64,000 nt of DNA from Octopus vulgaris (taxonomy: Eukaryota): assembly GCA_951406725.2 (NCBI GenBank), contig OX597815.1, positions 176,886,001-176,950,000 of the forward strand, in the 5' to 3' direction. Below are positions 12,146 to 24,158 of this stretch, piece by piece. Each line of letters starts with the position of its first letter. The stretch's first letter is position 1. Made by a program: the position numbers and the translations under genes. The notes beneath the pieces were generated by a model. That model had not been told where the DNA came from and did not search any database. It saw nothing but the letters and a program-made list of their open reading frames with translations.

Positions 12146-13305
12146 AGACACACATAAACATGCAATCATTATGTAGATTTTTATACTACACTTATATATT
12201 ATATAAATAAACCTCTGTACGTAGATTTTGCCACATGTGTAATAAGTTCACTTCCTATGTTGATGTCTCAGATCGACCCAAATCGTGGAAGCAAAACTGA
12301 TTCGGCATTAAATAGAAGGAAACCAGTCGGTTGGGTTTTAGCAACGGATCAGTCTTGTCTCATGCTGTGTCTCGTTGTTCAGCCCGTTGGGTAGCACTAA
12401 GTGTTTACCTATCTGTGGAAAAACATGAGTTATCCTCTGCCAGGCACTGACCTTGTTTGGTGCAACATTGCACGACTTATAGGTTGATAGTAGCATTTTC
12501 ACTTTAGCTAACTAAATACCTAAGTGAAGGAAAAATTCATATAACTATACTGCAATGTATGTATGGTTATACTTTTGCGCAGGTTGTCAAAAATTACGCT
12601 GGCGTTTATCTGTAATGGGCGCACAGTATGATTCCTTGGAGAATAAAAACTCTAAAATCAACGCCCTCACTGAGTTGTGAGAATCCTTTGATTTGAAAAG
12701 TCTACTAAAAGCACTTTCAAGTAAAATCTGCAGCTAAAAAGGTTTATGCTAATCTTACTCCCGCTTGTCACTGGAAATTCAATCGTAAATACTTTTATTG
12801 TGATGTACGTCACCTTTAAACAAAAGTATGTTCAATTCAGTTCAATGTCGTGGAATCGTCTCATCAGATTACCCATTCCATTTCGACTGAACAATTGCTT
12901 ACCTTTTACATTTTACCTGTTTCAGTTCTTGAACTAATGCCATGCAGGAATACGCCCTTGAAGAGTTTCTAGTCGAAGAAATCGACTCCAGCCCTTGTGT
13001 TAAATAATTCTTGTACTTATTAATAAAAAGACTAGAAGAAAGCTCACAGTGTAAGACCCGTGGTTGAGAGTGCTTCCGGCCATCTCGCCTTAGCTTGTCA
13101 CAGGATATTTAACTGTCGATATACGGGTCTGATATATGTGTCCTGAAAGCGTATGTCACAATAATGAGACGGCTATCATATGATAAGATGAAGTTATAAT
13201 CATTATAGCTGGATATGTGTGTATGTGTGTATATATACATTTATACGCAAGCATACATATTTAAGTAAATATACATGTATACAAGTGTGTAAATGTATAT
13301 ATGTA

Positions 13306-13352
<47 letters not shown>

Positions 13353-15359
13353 GCATACACGCACATACATTCACAACAAACATACACGCATACAAAGTGA
13401 CTGACACATTAGTAGACTCACTTTCCTACGCTGACACAGTCACACACACACACGCACATTTACTTTATTATATTTGACAAATCTGCTGACACCTGACATT
13501 TTCACTTCAAGTCGCAACAGAACTAAAATATTTCTGACTTATTCTTCTTAATTGTTACGCCACCTGGCGAGAGTATTTATCAGTAGAGAACTCTGGTGCA
13601 ATAGCTGAGTGGTTAAGATTCTCATTCTATAATCAGGAATATACGTTTTCGATCCTAAAGCGCAGTTTTTTTAGTACTTTTCTTTTTGCAAAAATGAAGT
13701 CCTCTTGAGGAGGCATTTAACTTAAAGTATCAGCATTTGTTACTCTATCTGTTTGAACTTCTGGAATCCGTGTAGGACAGAATTTTGTGTGGACTCCTCA
13801 TCTCCCGAACTTAATATTTTAGCGAAGCTGTACTGCATTTGATTAATCAAGTTGAATGATGATTGTGCTGACCCAACATTTATTTTTTTTTTCTTTCATA
13901 AAAGATAACGATCAGGAACATTTGCGAATTGATAAAGAGCAAAATTAACTTCTGCGTCTTTTAGTGTTCTCAAATGTCCAAACTATACAAACACTTTGTT
14001 TCGTGATGTACTTTCGTTACGAATCAGACTTTTTCTTCAATAGCTTTCTCGTATTACACTTCAAAGAATTCAGCTAGTCACTCTTCAACCAAGGACCAAA
14101 TAGTCATATCTTATACATGACACAGATTTATTGACGGTACTGTCAGCTTTCGTGCCACTGACATGTGAAATCTTCTTTTTTGGGTCACAATATTCTTTCT
14201 TCATACTCGTCCTGACAACTTTTGACCTCACTTTTTACTTTTATCTAAATGCAAGTATTTGAAAATTGCAAAATTTTCCCTATTAACTCTTGTTTCATTT
14301 CATTGTGAGATTGTCAGGTTTTGGAGTTCTACAACGCAGCTAAATTCTTGATATCATTGCTAAATTGCATAAATTATAAGGAGAGGAGAATAAACCTAGA
14401 GCTTGGTCGTTCTAGGTCATCCAATGAGGGCGGTCAGTGGTTCATCCTACCTCAAAATTGGTTGTTTTCTTTGCCAATTTGAAAATAATATAAAGGTCGA
14501 TAATCCTGTGAAACTGGAAGAAGTAAAATAAGGCTTTTGTTGGAGTCAATCCACCACTGTTAGTTTAGTAAAGTTTGAACATTACCTGGGCACCATTACC
14601 ACTCCATCGGTAAGGAGGCATCGGAACACTTGGACCAGACTGCTTATGGGAAAATAAAAGATGGTCGTTGTCTAACTGTTCCATGTGAATGACCATTACC
14701 AAATATTGTTAATGTCAGGACATGTATCTTTTCATTTTCGTCGTTGCTATGCATTTCTCGATCCAGTAAATCTGCATGGATATGCATGCATACATACATA
14801 CAAACTTCTATAAAATGTAAACACAATAAACTTGATATGATGATTTGAGAGAGGGGAGAGAAACTGGGCAGAGTTGTGGAAATTAGCTACCCAGAAGATG
14901 TTAACATAAAGCCGATGATCTGTCGAAAAGGGGACACCGACGCTGAACTATTGAGAAATCTGCAGTTTTTCTATCCACTATTACGAGTTCAGGTTTATAC
15001 CTGCAATCATTGGGGCCCTGGGATATGTAGCACACTGCCTAACTACCAATCTTGAGAAATCAGGCTTCTCGAAACCAGAAAGGAGAAAGCTAATTCGAAG
15101 ACTACAGATCCAATCCATCACTGGAACTGTAAAAATCTGTAAAACTTTCCAGAAGTTTACTATTTAAGTATATATAAGCATGTCTAGAAATCCAATTATA
15201 TGCATGGGAAGACACACATAAAACGATTCATACAATCTGCACGTATACATACATAGCTTGATAGATACAAACACAAATATATAAACGCATATATGTATAT
15301 ATATTTATGTATAGATGTGTGTATATATATATATACACATATATATATATATATATATA

Positions 15360-15764
15360 GGCAGAGTCGTGGTTGTGTGGTAAGAAGCTTGCTTCCCAAA
15401 CACTCGGTTTTGGATTCAGCCTCAATACTTTGCACCTTGACCAAGTGTCTTTTATAGCTACGGGTCGGCCAATACCTTGTAAGTAAATTTGGTAGGTGGA
15501 AACTGAAAGAAGCCCATCGTATATATATATATATATATATATATATACGTATATATATATATATACGTATATATCTATTTCGTGTGTGTTTGAGGTGGAG
15601 CGTTTACGTTCACGTAACATAGTTGTTCGGAAAAATATCGATAAAATTAGTACCAGGCTTAAAAAAATGTCCTGGGGGTCGATGTGTTCGACTAAAACCT
15701 TTGAAGGAGATGCTCCAGCATGGCTGCAGTCAAACGACTGAAACAAGTAAAAGAATAAAAGAAT
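15360..15764 (+). mobile_element. SINE A, diverged
   Basis: tggttgtgtggtaagaagcttgcttcccaa...gaaactgaaagaagccc (TA)n ...gactgaaacaagtaaaagaata. Confidence 0.85.
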
Positions 15765-16377
15765 ACATACATAGGTTTGTAGAAGGATAGATAGATGGAG
15801 AGATAGATGAATGGATAACTGGTCAGTCAGCAACAATGAAAAAAATTGAGTAGCCTACTGTAAGACTAAAGTGAGTGAAAGTTAGCTTTATAATATTATA
15901 TTACATATAAATGTGAGTCTTACGTAGGCAAAGCAGCACCAGTTTATTTTGTCACAGCTTTTCACTGTTTATTATGAAAGTCGGTACTTATTTTGTTCTT
16001 TCACATTTTAAGTGTTGCCTTCGACAGTGCGGACACTTGACCCAAATTATTAAAGGAAATATGGGAGTCGTCAGTTTCTATAGAAAGTATCCTCAAATAC
16101 TCTGTGGAAAATATAATTTTTTTCCCATACATAACCTTCTTACGTACTTTTCTAGGCGGCGTATACACACCCTCGTCCACCCACTCACATATACTTTTGA
16201 TGGGGGTGGGAGTTCGATATCGCTGCACTCAAAAGAGGGCAACAGTATCGAACTCCCGCCTTCACTAAATCCTCTAGAATGATATTGGCCATTGAAAAGG
16301 TGATATCATTGGCGGTGCCCCAGCATGACCACAGCCTTAGGGCTGAAACGGGCAAAAGAATAAAGAATATATATATA

Positions 16378-16519
16378 GGCGCAGGAGTGGCTGTGTGGTA
16401 AGTAGCTTGCTTACCAACCACATGGTTCCGGGTTCAGTCCCACTGCGTGGCATATTGGGCAAGTGTCTTCTGCCTTGTGAGTGGATTTGGTAGACGGAAA
16501 CTGAAAGAAGCCTGTCGTA

Positions 16520-16571
<52 letters not shown>

Positions 16572-16750
16572 TGTGTGTCTGTGTTTTTCCCCCTAGCATT
16601 ACTTGACAACCGATGCTGGTGTGTTTACGTCCCCGTCACTTAGCGGTTCGGCAAAAGAGACCGATAGAATAAGTACTGGGCTTACAAAGAATAAGTCCCG
16701 GGGTCGATTTGCTCGACTAAATGACTGAAACAAGTAAAAGAGTAAAGAGT
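16378..16750 (+). mobile_element. SINE A, young copy with two internal deletions
   Basis: Consensus head ggcgcaggagtggctgtgtggtaag. Deletions at gtcttct|gccttg and cgactaaa|tgactg. Confidence 0.9.
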
Positions 16751-16896
16751 AATATATATATATTCACACACACATACATATGTACATAAATAAACGTCTG
16801 TGTGTGTGCATGTTTGCGTATGCGTATATATAAACATCCATCCATTCATATATACACATATGTACATGAATATATACTCATATATTTATACTCATA

Positions 16897-17311
16897 AGGC
16901 GGCGAGCTGGCAGAAACGTTAACACGTCGGGCATTTCGCTTAGCGGTATTTCACCTGTTTTTACGTTCTGAGTTCAAATTCCGCCGAGGTCGACTTTGCC
17001 TTTCATTCTTTCGGGGTCGATTAAATAGGTACCAGTTACGCACTGGGTTTGATATAATCGACTTAATCCGTTTGTCTGTCCTTGTTCGTCCTGTCTGTGT
17101 TTAGCCCCTTGTGGGTAGTAAAGAAATAGGTATTTTGTCTGTCGTTACGTTCTGAGTTCAGATTCCGCCGAGGTCGACTTTGCCTTTCATCCTTTCGGGG
17201 TCGATAAATTAGGTACCAGTTTCGCACTGGGCTCGATGTAATCGACTTAATCCCTTTGTCTGTTCTTGTTTGTCCCCTCTATGTCTAGCCCCTTGTGGAC
17301 AGTAAAGAAAT
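16897..17311 (+). mobile_element. SINE B dimer (full copy plus 5'-truncated copy) with 25-bp target-site duplication
   Basis: Head ggcggcgagctggcagaaacgtt, Nin/Deu-like core gcctttcatcctttcggggtcgataaa..gtaccag. atatatactcatatatttatactca occurs at 16870-16894 and 17312-17336. Confidence 0.9.
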
Positions 17312-19008
17312 ATATATACTCATATATTTATACTCACACACACACACACACACACATACAGAGAGAGAAAGAAAGAAAGAATAATAGAGATTATAGACAG
17401 GCATTGAAAATTGTTGGACTGCGCCTATCAGATGAAGCTGAGCAGAATTTTGCTTCGTAATTTTCGAAAACACAGAACCATGCGGCTGAATGGAGGCCTA
17501 GGTAGCAGCACCAGTTTATTTCGTCACACTTTGTCGACGATTACACTTTTATGAAGCTAGACACTTTTTTTTAAAATTTTATTTCCTGCCACATGTACAG
17601 TTTTGTGTGACGTCTTAAGCGACCCTGCTTGTCCTAGGCACACGTTATCGCCTGCACATGTTGACATTCCCACGTTGTCTTTGCTTAGCTCTGCTTTTTT
17701 TCCCCACCACCACATTTTTATTTATTTGTTCCCATTTTCAAAAGTATATTTTGCTTGTGATTGATGTATTTTTCTTTTGTTTTCATTTTATAATTTTGTT
17801 GTTGATTTTGCAATTTGTATTGTTGTTTGTTTTTTTTTATTTCTTATTTACCAGTCTTTCATATCAATTTCAGGCTCGACTCGGTCGCTTCCCTCTATCA
17901 TTCATTTTATCTATCGAGTTTATTGATTTCATATATTTATCTGTTCCCGACTCCATAAGTGTTTGTATAAGTACAGCCCTCTTCGCTCTTTGATTTTCTG
18001 TCGTTTTATATTCCTTCGTATATCATTTCTTCTGCATATCTACATCAGAGGCGCTAACACTGACATGCAGGCATGCATACAGACATCCATAAACAAAAAC
18101 CCTGCACAGTAACTCTATGTGTTCGGATATGGGGGGGGGGGGGGGTCTCCTTCAAATACGATTTCGTGTTCGTTTTATCTTTCATTTCATGTTTATTATT
18201 TTTCCCATACATTCTTCCTTACCTGGATCGATAAACACTAAATCCTCACCAGAAAGAATAAAAAGAACACAAATGATTTCTCAATAAATAAACGAAGACA
18301 ATTGCTTTCATTATTTCAGCTTTGAAAGACATCCAGGTTCCTCACTCCGTCCTATATACATCGAATTTATGTGCAACTAGTTTTCTAGGAGTTTTCCTGT
18401 TTATCTTCGTTTATTGTGTCTACCTTTCAATCTACACAAGGTTCGTTTGTCCAAACAGTGATCTGATGTGTTTTTGCTTGTCTATCATTCTCATATATTC
18501 CTGCCTATTACCCTCTCCGTCTCAAAGCACATACCTTCTAATTATCATTTCACTTGCTCTCTCTAAGCTCTCTCTCTCTCTCTCTCTCTTCCGCCCCCCT
18601 CTCTCCTCTCGTACGCTTCACTCTTTTCAAGCAAACAAGCTTTATTTTTTATTCCCCCCAACACTTCTCTCTTTCCACGTCCCCCGTTATGTGAAAGGGA
18701 AGCATCTTCTGTGTGGTTACGCAACCTGTTAGAAGACCTATTTAAATTATCAGATCACACGATGTGCAAATTAAGGGTCATGTATGTATAAACGTGTGTG
18801 TGTATGTGTGTGTGTGTGTGCGTGCGCGTGCGTGTGTGTGTGTGTATACATAGACACACATACATATATGATTACTACATCTTGACAGATGGTAGCTGTC
18901 CCACCAACACACACACATATATATATATATACATATACAAGCATACGTGTAAATTTATGTGTGTGCATATATATATATATATATATATGTATAAATAAAT
19001 GCGTGTGT

Positions 19009-19041
<33 letters not shown>

Positions 19042-19046
19042 AATAT

Positions 19047-19206
19047 GCAGGCGTGGCGGTGTGGTAAGAAGCTTGCTTTCCAACCACGTGGTTCTGGCTT
19101 CAGTCCTACTGCGTGACAATTTGGGCAAGTGTCTTCAGCTATAGCCTTGAGGTGACCAAAGCCTTGTGAGTGGATTTAATGGACGGAAACTGGAAGAAGC
19201 CCGACG

Positions 19207-19210
<4 letters not shown>
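19047..19210 (+). mobile_element. SINE A 5' half ending in its internal (TA)n
   Basis: gcaggcgtggcggtgtggtaagaagcttgc...ggaaactggaagaagcccgacgta. Confidence 0.85.
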
Positions 19211-20280
<1,070 letters not shown>

Positions 20281-20488
20281 TCTTATCTTATTGGAGATCT
20301 TAGGTAAAATTATACTAATTTTACTTTATGTTCTAATTTAATTAAATTTTATGTCTTCGTGCGGCTGAAGATTAATCTACATTTTAAATTGATGTAATGA
20401 AATGATTGTATTGTTCAATTTCAATGAAGTTGCATGAAACGATCGTACTGCATTACCTCTGGATATCCTTGTTGATTATTTTGATTTT
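20281..20488 (+). mobile_element. (TA)n-flanked Penelope-like terminus with hammerhead-like motif
   Basis: tgcgg-CTGAAGA-(64 nt)-GAAA-cgatcg-TA-ctgca at 20360-20452. A homologous copy is on the minus strand at ~48540-48700. Confidence 0.55.
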
Positions 20489-20493
20489 ATACA

Positions 20494-20524
<31 letters not shown>

Positions 20525-20781
20525 TACCAAAATAAATAATATTTTTGGTAATTTTAACTTTAAGAGTCCCTCCATCCGTGTGGCATTTATGTATAGTAAT
20601 GCCCTCTATATAATATAAATAAATATATTTAAGAGAAAAATTGATGGTTTTTTTTTCTCTTATGATATTTTTCACGCTAATTACTTGATAAATTCTTATA
20701 AAGATTTTATCCTATTTTAAAATTGTATATATATTTATGCACACACACATACAGACACACACACACATCTATACATATATA

Positions 20782-20834
<53 letters not shown>

Positions 20835-20929
20835 AATAATAATAAAGGGCAAAATTAATTAATTAATTAGTAATTAATAATTTTATCGAGCAGCGTTCAG
20901 TATGTAAAAGGACCATTTACGGTAAATTT

Positions 20930-21020
20930 AAACATTACTTTATATAATTAGGGATCAGCAAAAAAAGTTCGATATGTGGTAAAGCAATTTTTTTTGCTGA
21001 ACCCTAATTATATAAAGTAA

Positions 21021-21026
<6 letters not shown>
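20930..21026. repeat. Inverted repeat with ~37-bp arms next to (TA)n
   Basis: aaacattactttatataattagggatcagcaaaaaaa / tttttttgctgaaccctaattatataaagtaaagttt. Confidence 0.85.
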
Positions 21027-21062
<36 letters not shown>

Positions 21063-21173
21063 CACATACATACATACATACATACATAAACTTAGATAAA
21101 CTTAGATATGTTTCGACCAAAGATTGGTCCAGGCCATGTCTAACTTAATAGCACCACCTGATAACAATTAAGT

Positions 21174-21227
21174 TGCATCGGCCGGGAACCGAACCCGGGC
21201 CGCCCGCGTGGCAGGCGAGCATTCTAC
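21174..21227 (-). pseudogene. tRNA-Gly(GCC) pseudogene lacking the first ~17 nt
   Basis: Minus strand GTAGAATGCTCGCCTGCCACGCGGGCGGCCCGGGTTCGGTTCCCGGCCGATGCA matches the 3' 54 nt of metazoan tRNA-Gly-GCC. T-loop is TTCGGTT instead of TTCGATT. Confidence 0.9.
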
Positions 21228-21265
21228 ATACATACATATATATATACATATAGATATATACGTAT

Positions 21266-21565
21266 GGTGATGACGCCTGGCTTCGTTGAGGCATTCGGCT
21301 CACGATCGTAGGTTCGTGGGTTCAATTCCCGGCGACGCGTTGTGTCCTTGAGCAAGACACTTAATTTCACGTTGCTCCAGACCACTCGGCTGGCAAAAAT
21401 AAGTAGTGACTGTATTTCAAAGGGCCAGCCTTGCCACACTCTGTGTCACGTTGAATCTCCCTGAAAATTACTTTAAGGGTACACGTGTGGAAAGCTCAAC
21501 CACTTGCACGTTAACTTCACGAGCCAGCTGTTCCGTTGATCGTATCAGCTGGGACCCACGATGGT
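21266..21565 (+). mobile_element. SINE family C (tRNA head plus gttgtgtccttgagcaagacactt core)
   Basis: B box gggttcaattcc followed by a Meta/MESC-like central motif. Homologues at 3345, 26930 and 52985. Confidence 0.75.
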
Positions 21566-21676
21566 TACATAAATATATATACATGTATCTACATACATAC
21601 ACACAAATCTATCTCTCTATCTCTCTCTCTCTTTATCGCTGTCTATATATCTCTGTCTATATATCTCTGTCTATAT

Positions 21677-21898
21677 CTGGCAGAATCGTTAGCACGCCGG
21701 GCGAAATGCTTAGCAGTATTTCGTCTGCCGCCACGTTCTGAGTTCAAATTCCGCCGAAGTCGACTTTGCCTTTCATCCTTTCGGGGCCGATTAAATAAGT
21801 ACCAGTTACGCACTGAAGTCGAAGTAATCGACTTAATCCATTTGTCTGTCTTTGTTTGTCCTCTCTGTGTTTAGCCCCTTGTGGGTAGTAAAGAAATA
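21677..21898 (+). mobile_element. SINE B
   Basis: ctggcagaatcgttagcacgccgggcgaaatg...gtgggtagtaaagaaata, followed by (CTAT)n. Confidence 0.9.
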
Positions 21899-21908
21899 TC
21901 TCTGCCTA

Positions 21909-21973
<65 letters not shown>

Positions 21974-22515
21974 CCATCCATCCATCCCTCTCTCTCCCTC
22001 TCTCTATCTCTCTCTCTTGTAGTAGAATCTGGATAAACAGAGCTCCAGGTATATCAAACAGCACCAACACGCACAACACACGTACACAGCTACAGACACA
22101 TGTGTATGTGCGTGTCTCCTGTGTATGCCTGCCTATTTACACACACACTCTCTCTCTCTTACTTATCCTCTTAGCTCTCTCTCTCCCAACCGGCCGTCGC
22201 TTCGCCATTGTACTGACTACGTAACACTCTATATTCCTTCACTGTTTCGTTCTCTCTTTCTAACGACCGTCTATACTTCTTTCAATCACTTTCCTTCGCC
22301 AGAATACTTACACACGCACTCGCTCACTTACTACCACGCAGCAATGCGCGCTTGTTCGTTATTTTACTCACTCACACGGTCTTTATAATATGTCTGTCTG
22401 TCTGTCTGCTTCAATTTATATATGTCCATTTTATCTCTCTTTTCACAGATTCATATACGTGTATAGTCGGCTGTGCCCCACCATAGCCGCAGCCTTGGGC
22501 TCAAGCTCCTAAAAT

Positions 22516-22564
<49 letters not shown>

Positions 22565-22565
<1 letters not shown>

Positions 22566-22726
22566 CGACGGGCTTCTTTCGGTTTCCGTCTACCAAATCC
22601 ACTCACATGGCTTTGGTCGGCCCGAGGCTATAGTAGACACTTGCCCAGGGTGCCACGCAGTGGGACTGAACCCGGAACCATGTGGTTGGTAAGCAAGCTA
22701 CTTACCACACAGCCGCTCCTGCGCCT
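22565..22726 (-). mobile_element. SINE A 5' half
   Basis: acgacgggcttctttc...cacacagccgctcctgcgcc. Confidence 0.9.
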
Positions 22727-22758
22727 ATATATATATATAGGTCTGCGCCTATATATAT

Positions 22759-23314
22759 ATGTGGGTCTTGTATTGGCATGCAAATATATATATTAGACAG
22801 AATGAGATAACAAAGCCAAGGTTGTGAGGAATTTTCAGGACATTTATACAGAAAAAGATATAGTCTTACTGTATCTAACTCTTTTTCCTTATAATATCCT
22901 GAAAACTACTCACAGCCTTGGCTTTATCTCATATATATATATGTATATATATATATATACTCTTTTACTTGTTTCAGTCATTTGAGTGCGGCCATGCTGG
23001 AGCACCGCCTTTAGTCGAGCAAATCGACCCCGGGACTTATTCTTTGTAAGCCCAGTACTTATTCTATCGGTCTCTTTTGCCGAACCGCTATGTGACAACC
23101 GATGCTGGTGTCTTTATGTCCCCGTCATATATATATATATATGAGATAAAGCCAAGGCTGTGAGTAGTTTTCAGGATATTATAAGGAAAAAGAGTTAGAT
23201 ACAGTAAGACTATATCTTTTTCTGTATAAATGTCCTGAAAATTCCTCACAACCTTGGCTTTGTTATCTCATTCTGTCTAATATATATATTTGCATGCCAA
23301 TACAAGACCCACAT
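22759..23314. repeat. 172-bp inverted repeat (22759-22930 / 23143-23314) with a SINE A fragment in the spacer
   Basis: Arms appear identical by eye. Each arm is itself an imperfect palindrome (aagccaaggttgtgagg...actcacagccttggcttt). Confidence 0.9.
22958..23127 (-). mobile_element. 5'-truncated SINE A with inverted 35-bp 5' segment
   Basis: 22958-23090 is the SINE tail on the minus strand. 23093-23127 (tgacaaccgatg...ccccgtca) is the adjacent SINE segment in the opposite orientation. Confidence 0.85.
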
Positions 23315-23433
23315 TAGACTCCTCACTCGTATCACGATCGAACCAAGTGTTTAACCACGATCTCTCCATAGCACTTACTGCGTTACCTGTCATTCTTTGG
23401 GTCTTCTAGATACCAATACCTCTCATACATATA

Positions 23434-23474
<41 letters not shown>

Positions 23475-23475
23475 A

Positions 23476-23861
23476 CTCTTTTACTTGTTTCAGTCATTTG
23501 ACTGCGGCCATGCTGGAGCACCGCCTTTAATCGAGCGACTCGACCCCAGGACTTATTCTTTGGTAAGCCCAGTACTTATTCTATCGGTCTCTTTTGCCGA
23601 ACCGCTAAGTAACGGAGACATAAACACACCAGCATCGGTTGTCAAGCAATGCTAGGGGGACAAACACAGGCACACACACGCATATATATATATATATATA
23701 CATATATACGACGGGCTTCTTTCAGTTTCCGTCTACCAAATCCACTCATAAGGCTTTGGTCGGCCCGAGGCTATAGTAGAAGACACTTGCCCAAAGTGCC
23801 ACGCAGTGGGACTGAACGCGGAACCATGTGGTTGGTAAACAAGCTACTTACCACACAGCCA
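23476..23861 (-). mobile_element. SINE A, near full length
   Basis: Near-identical to 301-707. Confidence 0.9.
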
Positions 23862-24024
23862 CAATGTGTGTGTATATGTATGTATATACAGACACACAGA
23901 TATATCCGTATATCAGTTATTATCCCTTCATACCTTGAATTCTCACCTTGTCGATTACATCGAACCCATTATTCGGGTGTCTAAGTTGATAACATCCACT
24001 CCCCTCCAACTGCTCCACTGATTC

Positions 24025-24158
24025 TTATCTTCTCGACCTCGTAGTGATGAAAGGCAAAGTCGACCTCTGCAGAATTTGAACTCAGAACGTAAATGAGTCA
24101 CGGCATACCTCGAAGCAGTTTGCCGTCGTGCTTAGCGATTCAGCCGGCTCGCCGCCTT
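24025..24158 (-). mobile_element. SINE B, diverged
   Basis: gatgaaaggcaaagtcgacctctgcagaatttgaactcagaacg...cagccggctcgccgcc. Confidence 0.75.

Noticed and set aside
13595-13660. A-box/B-box-like tRNA sequence
   Set aside because: No cloverleaf; most likely a decayed SINE head.
17503-17560. TAGCAGCAC (miR-15/16-like seed) in a weak hairpin
   Set aside because: Pairing is too poor for a pre-miRNA, and the duplicate at 15932 forms no hairpin.
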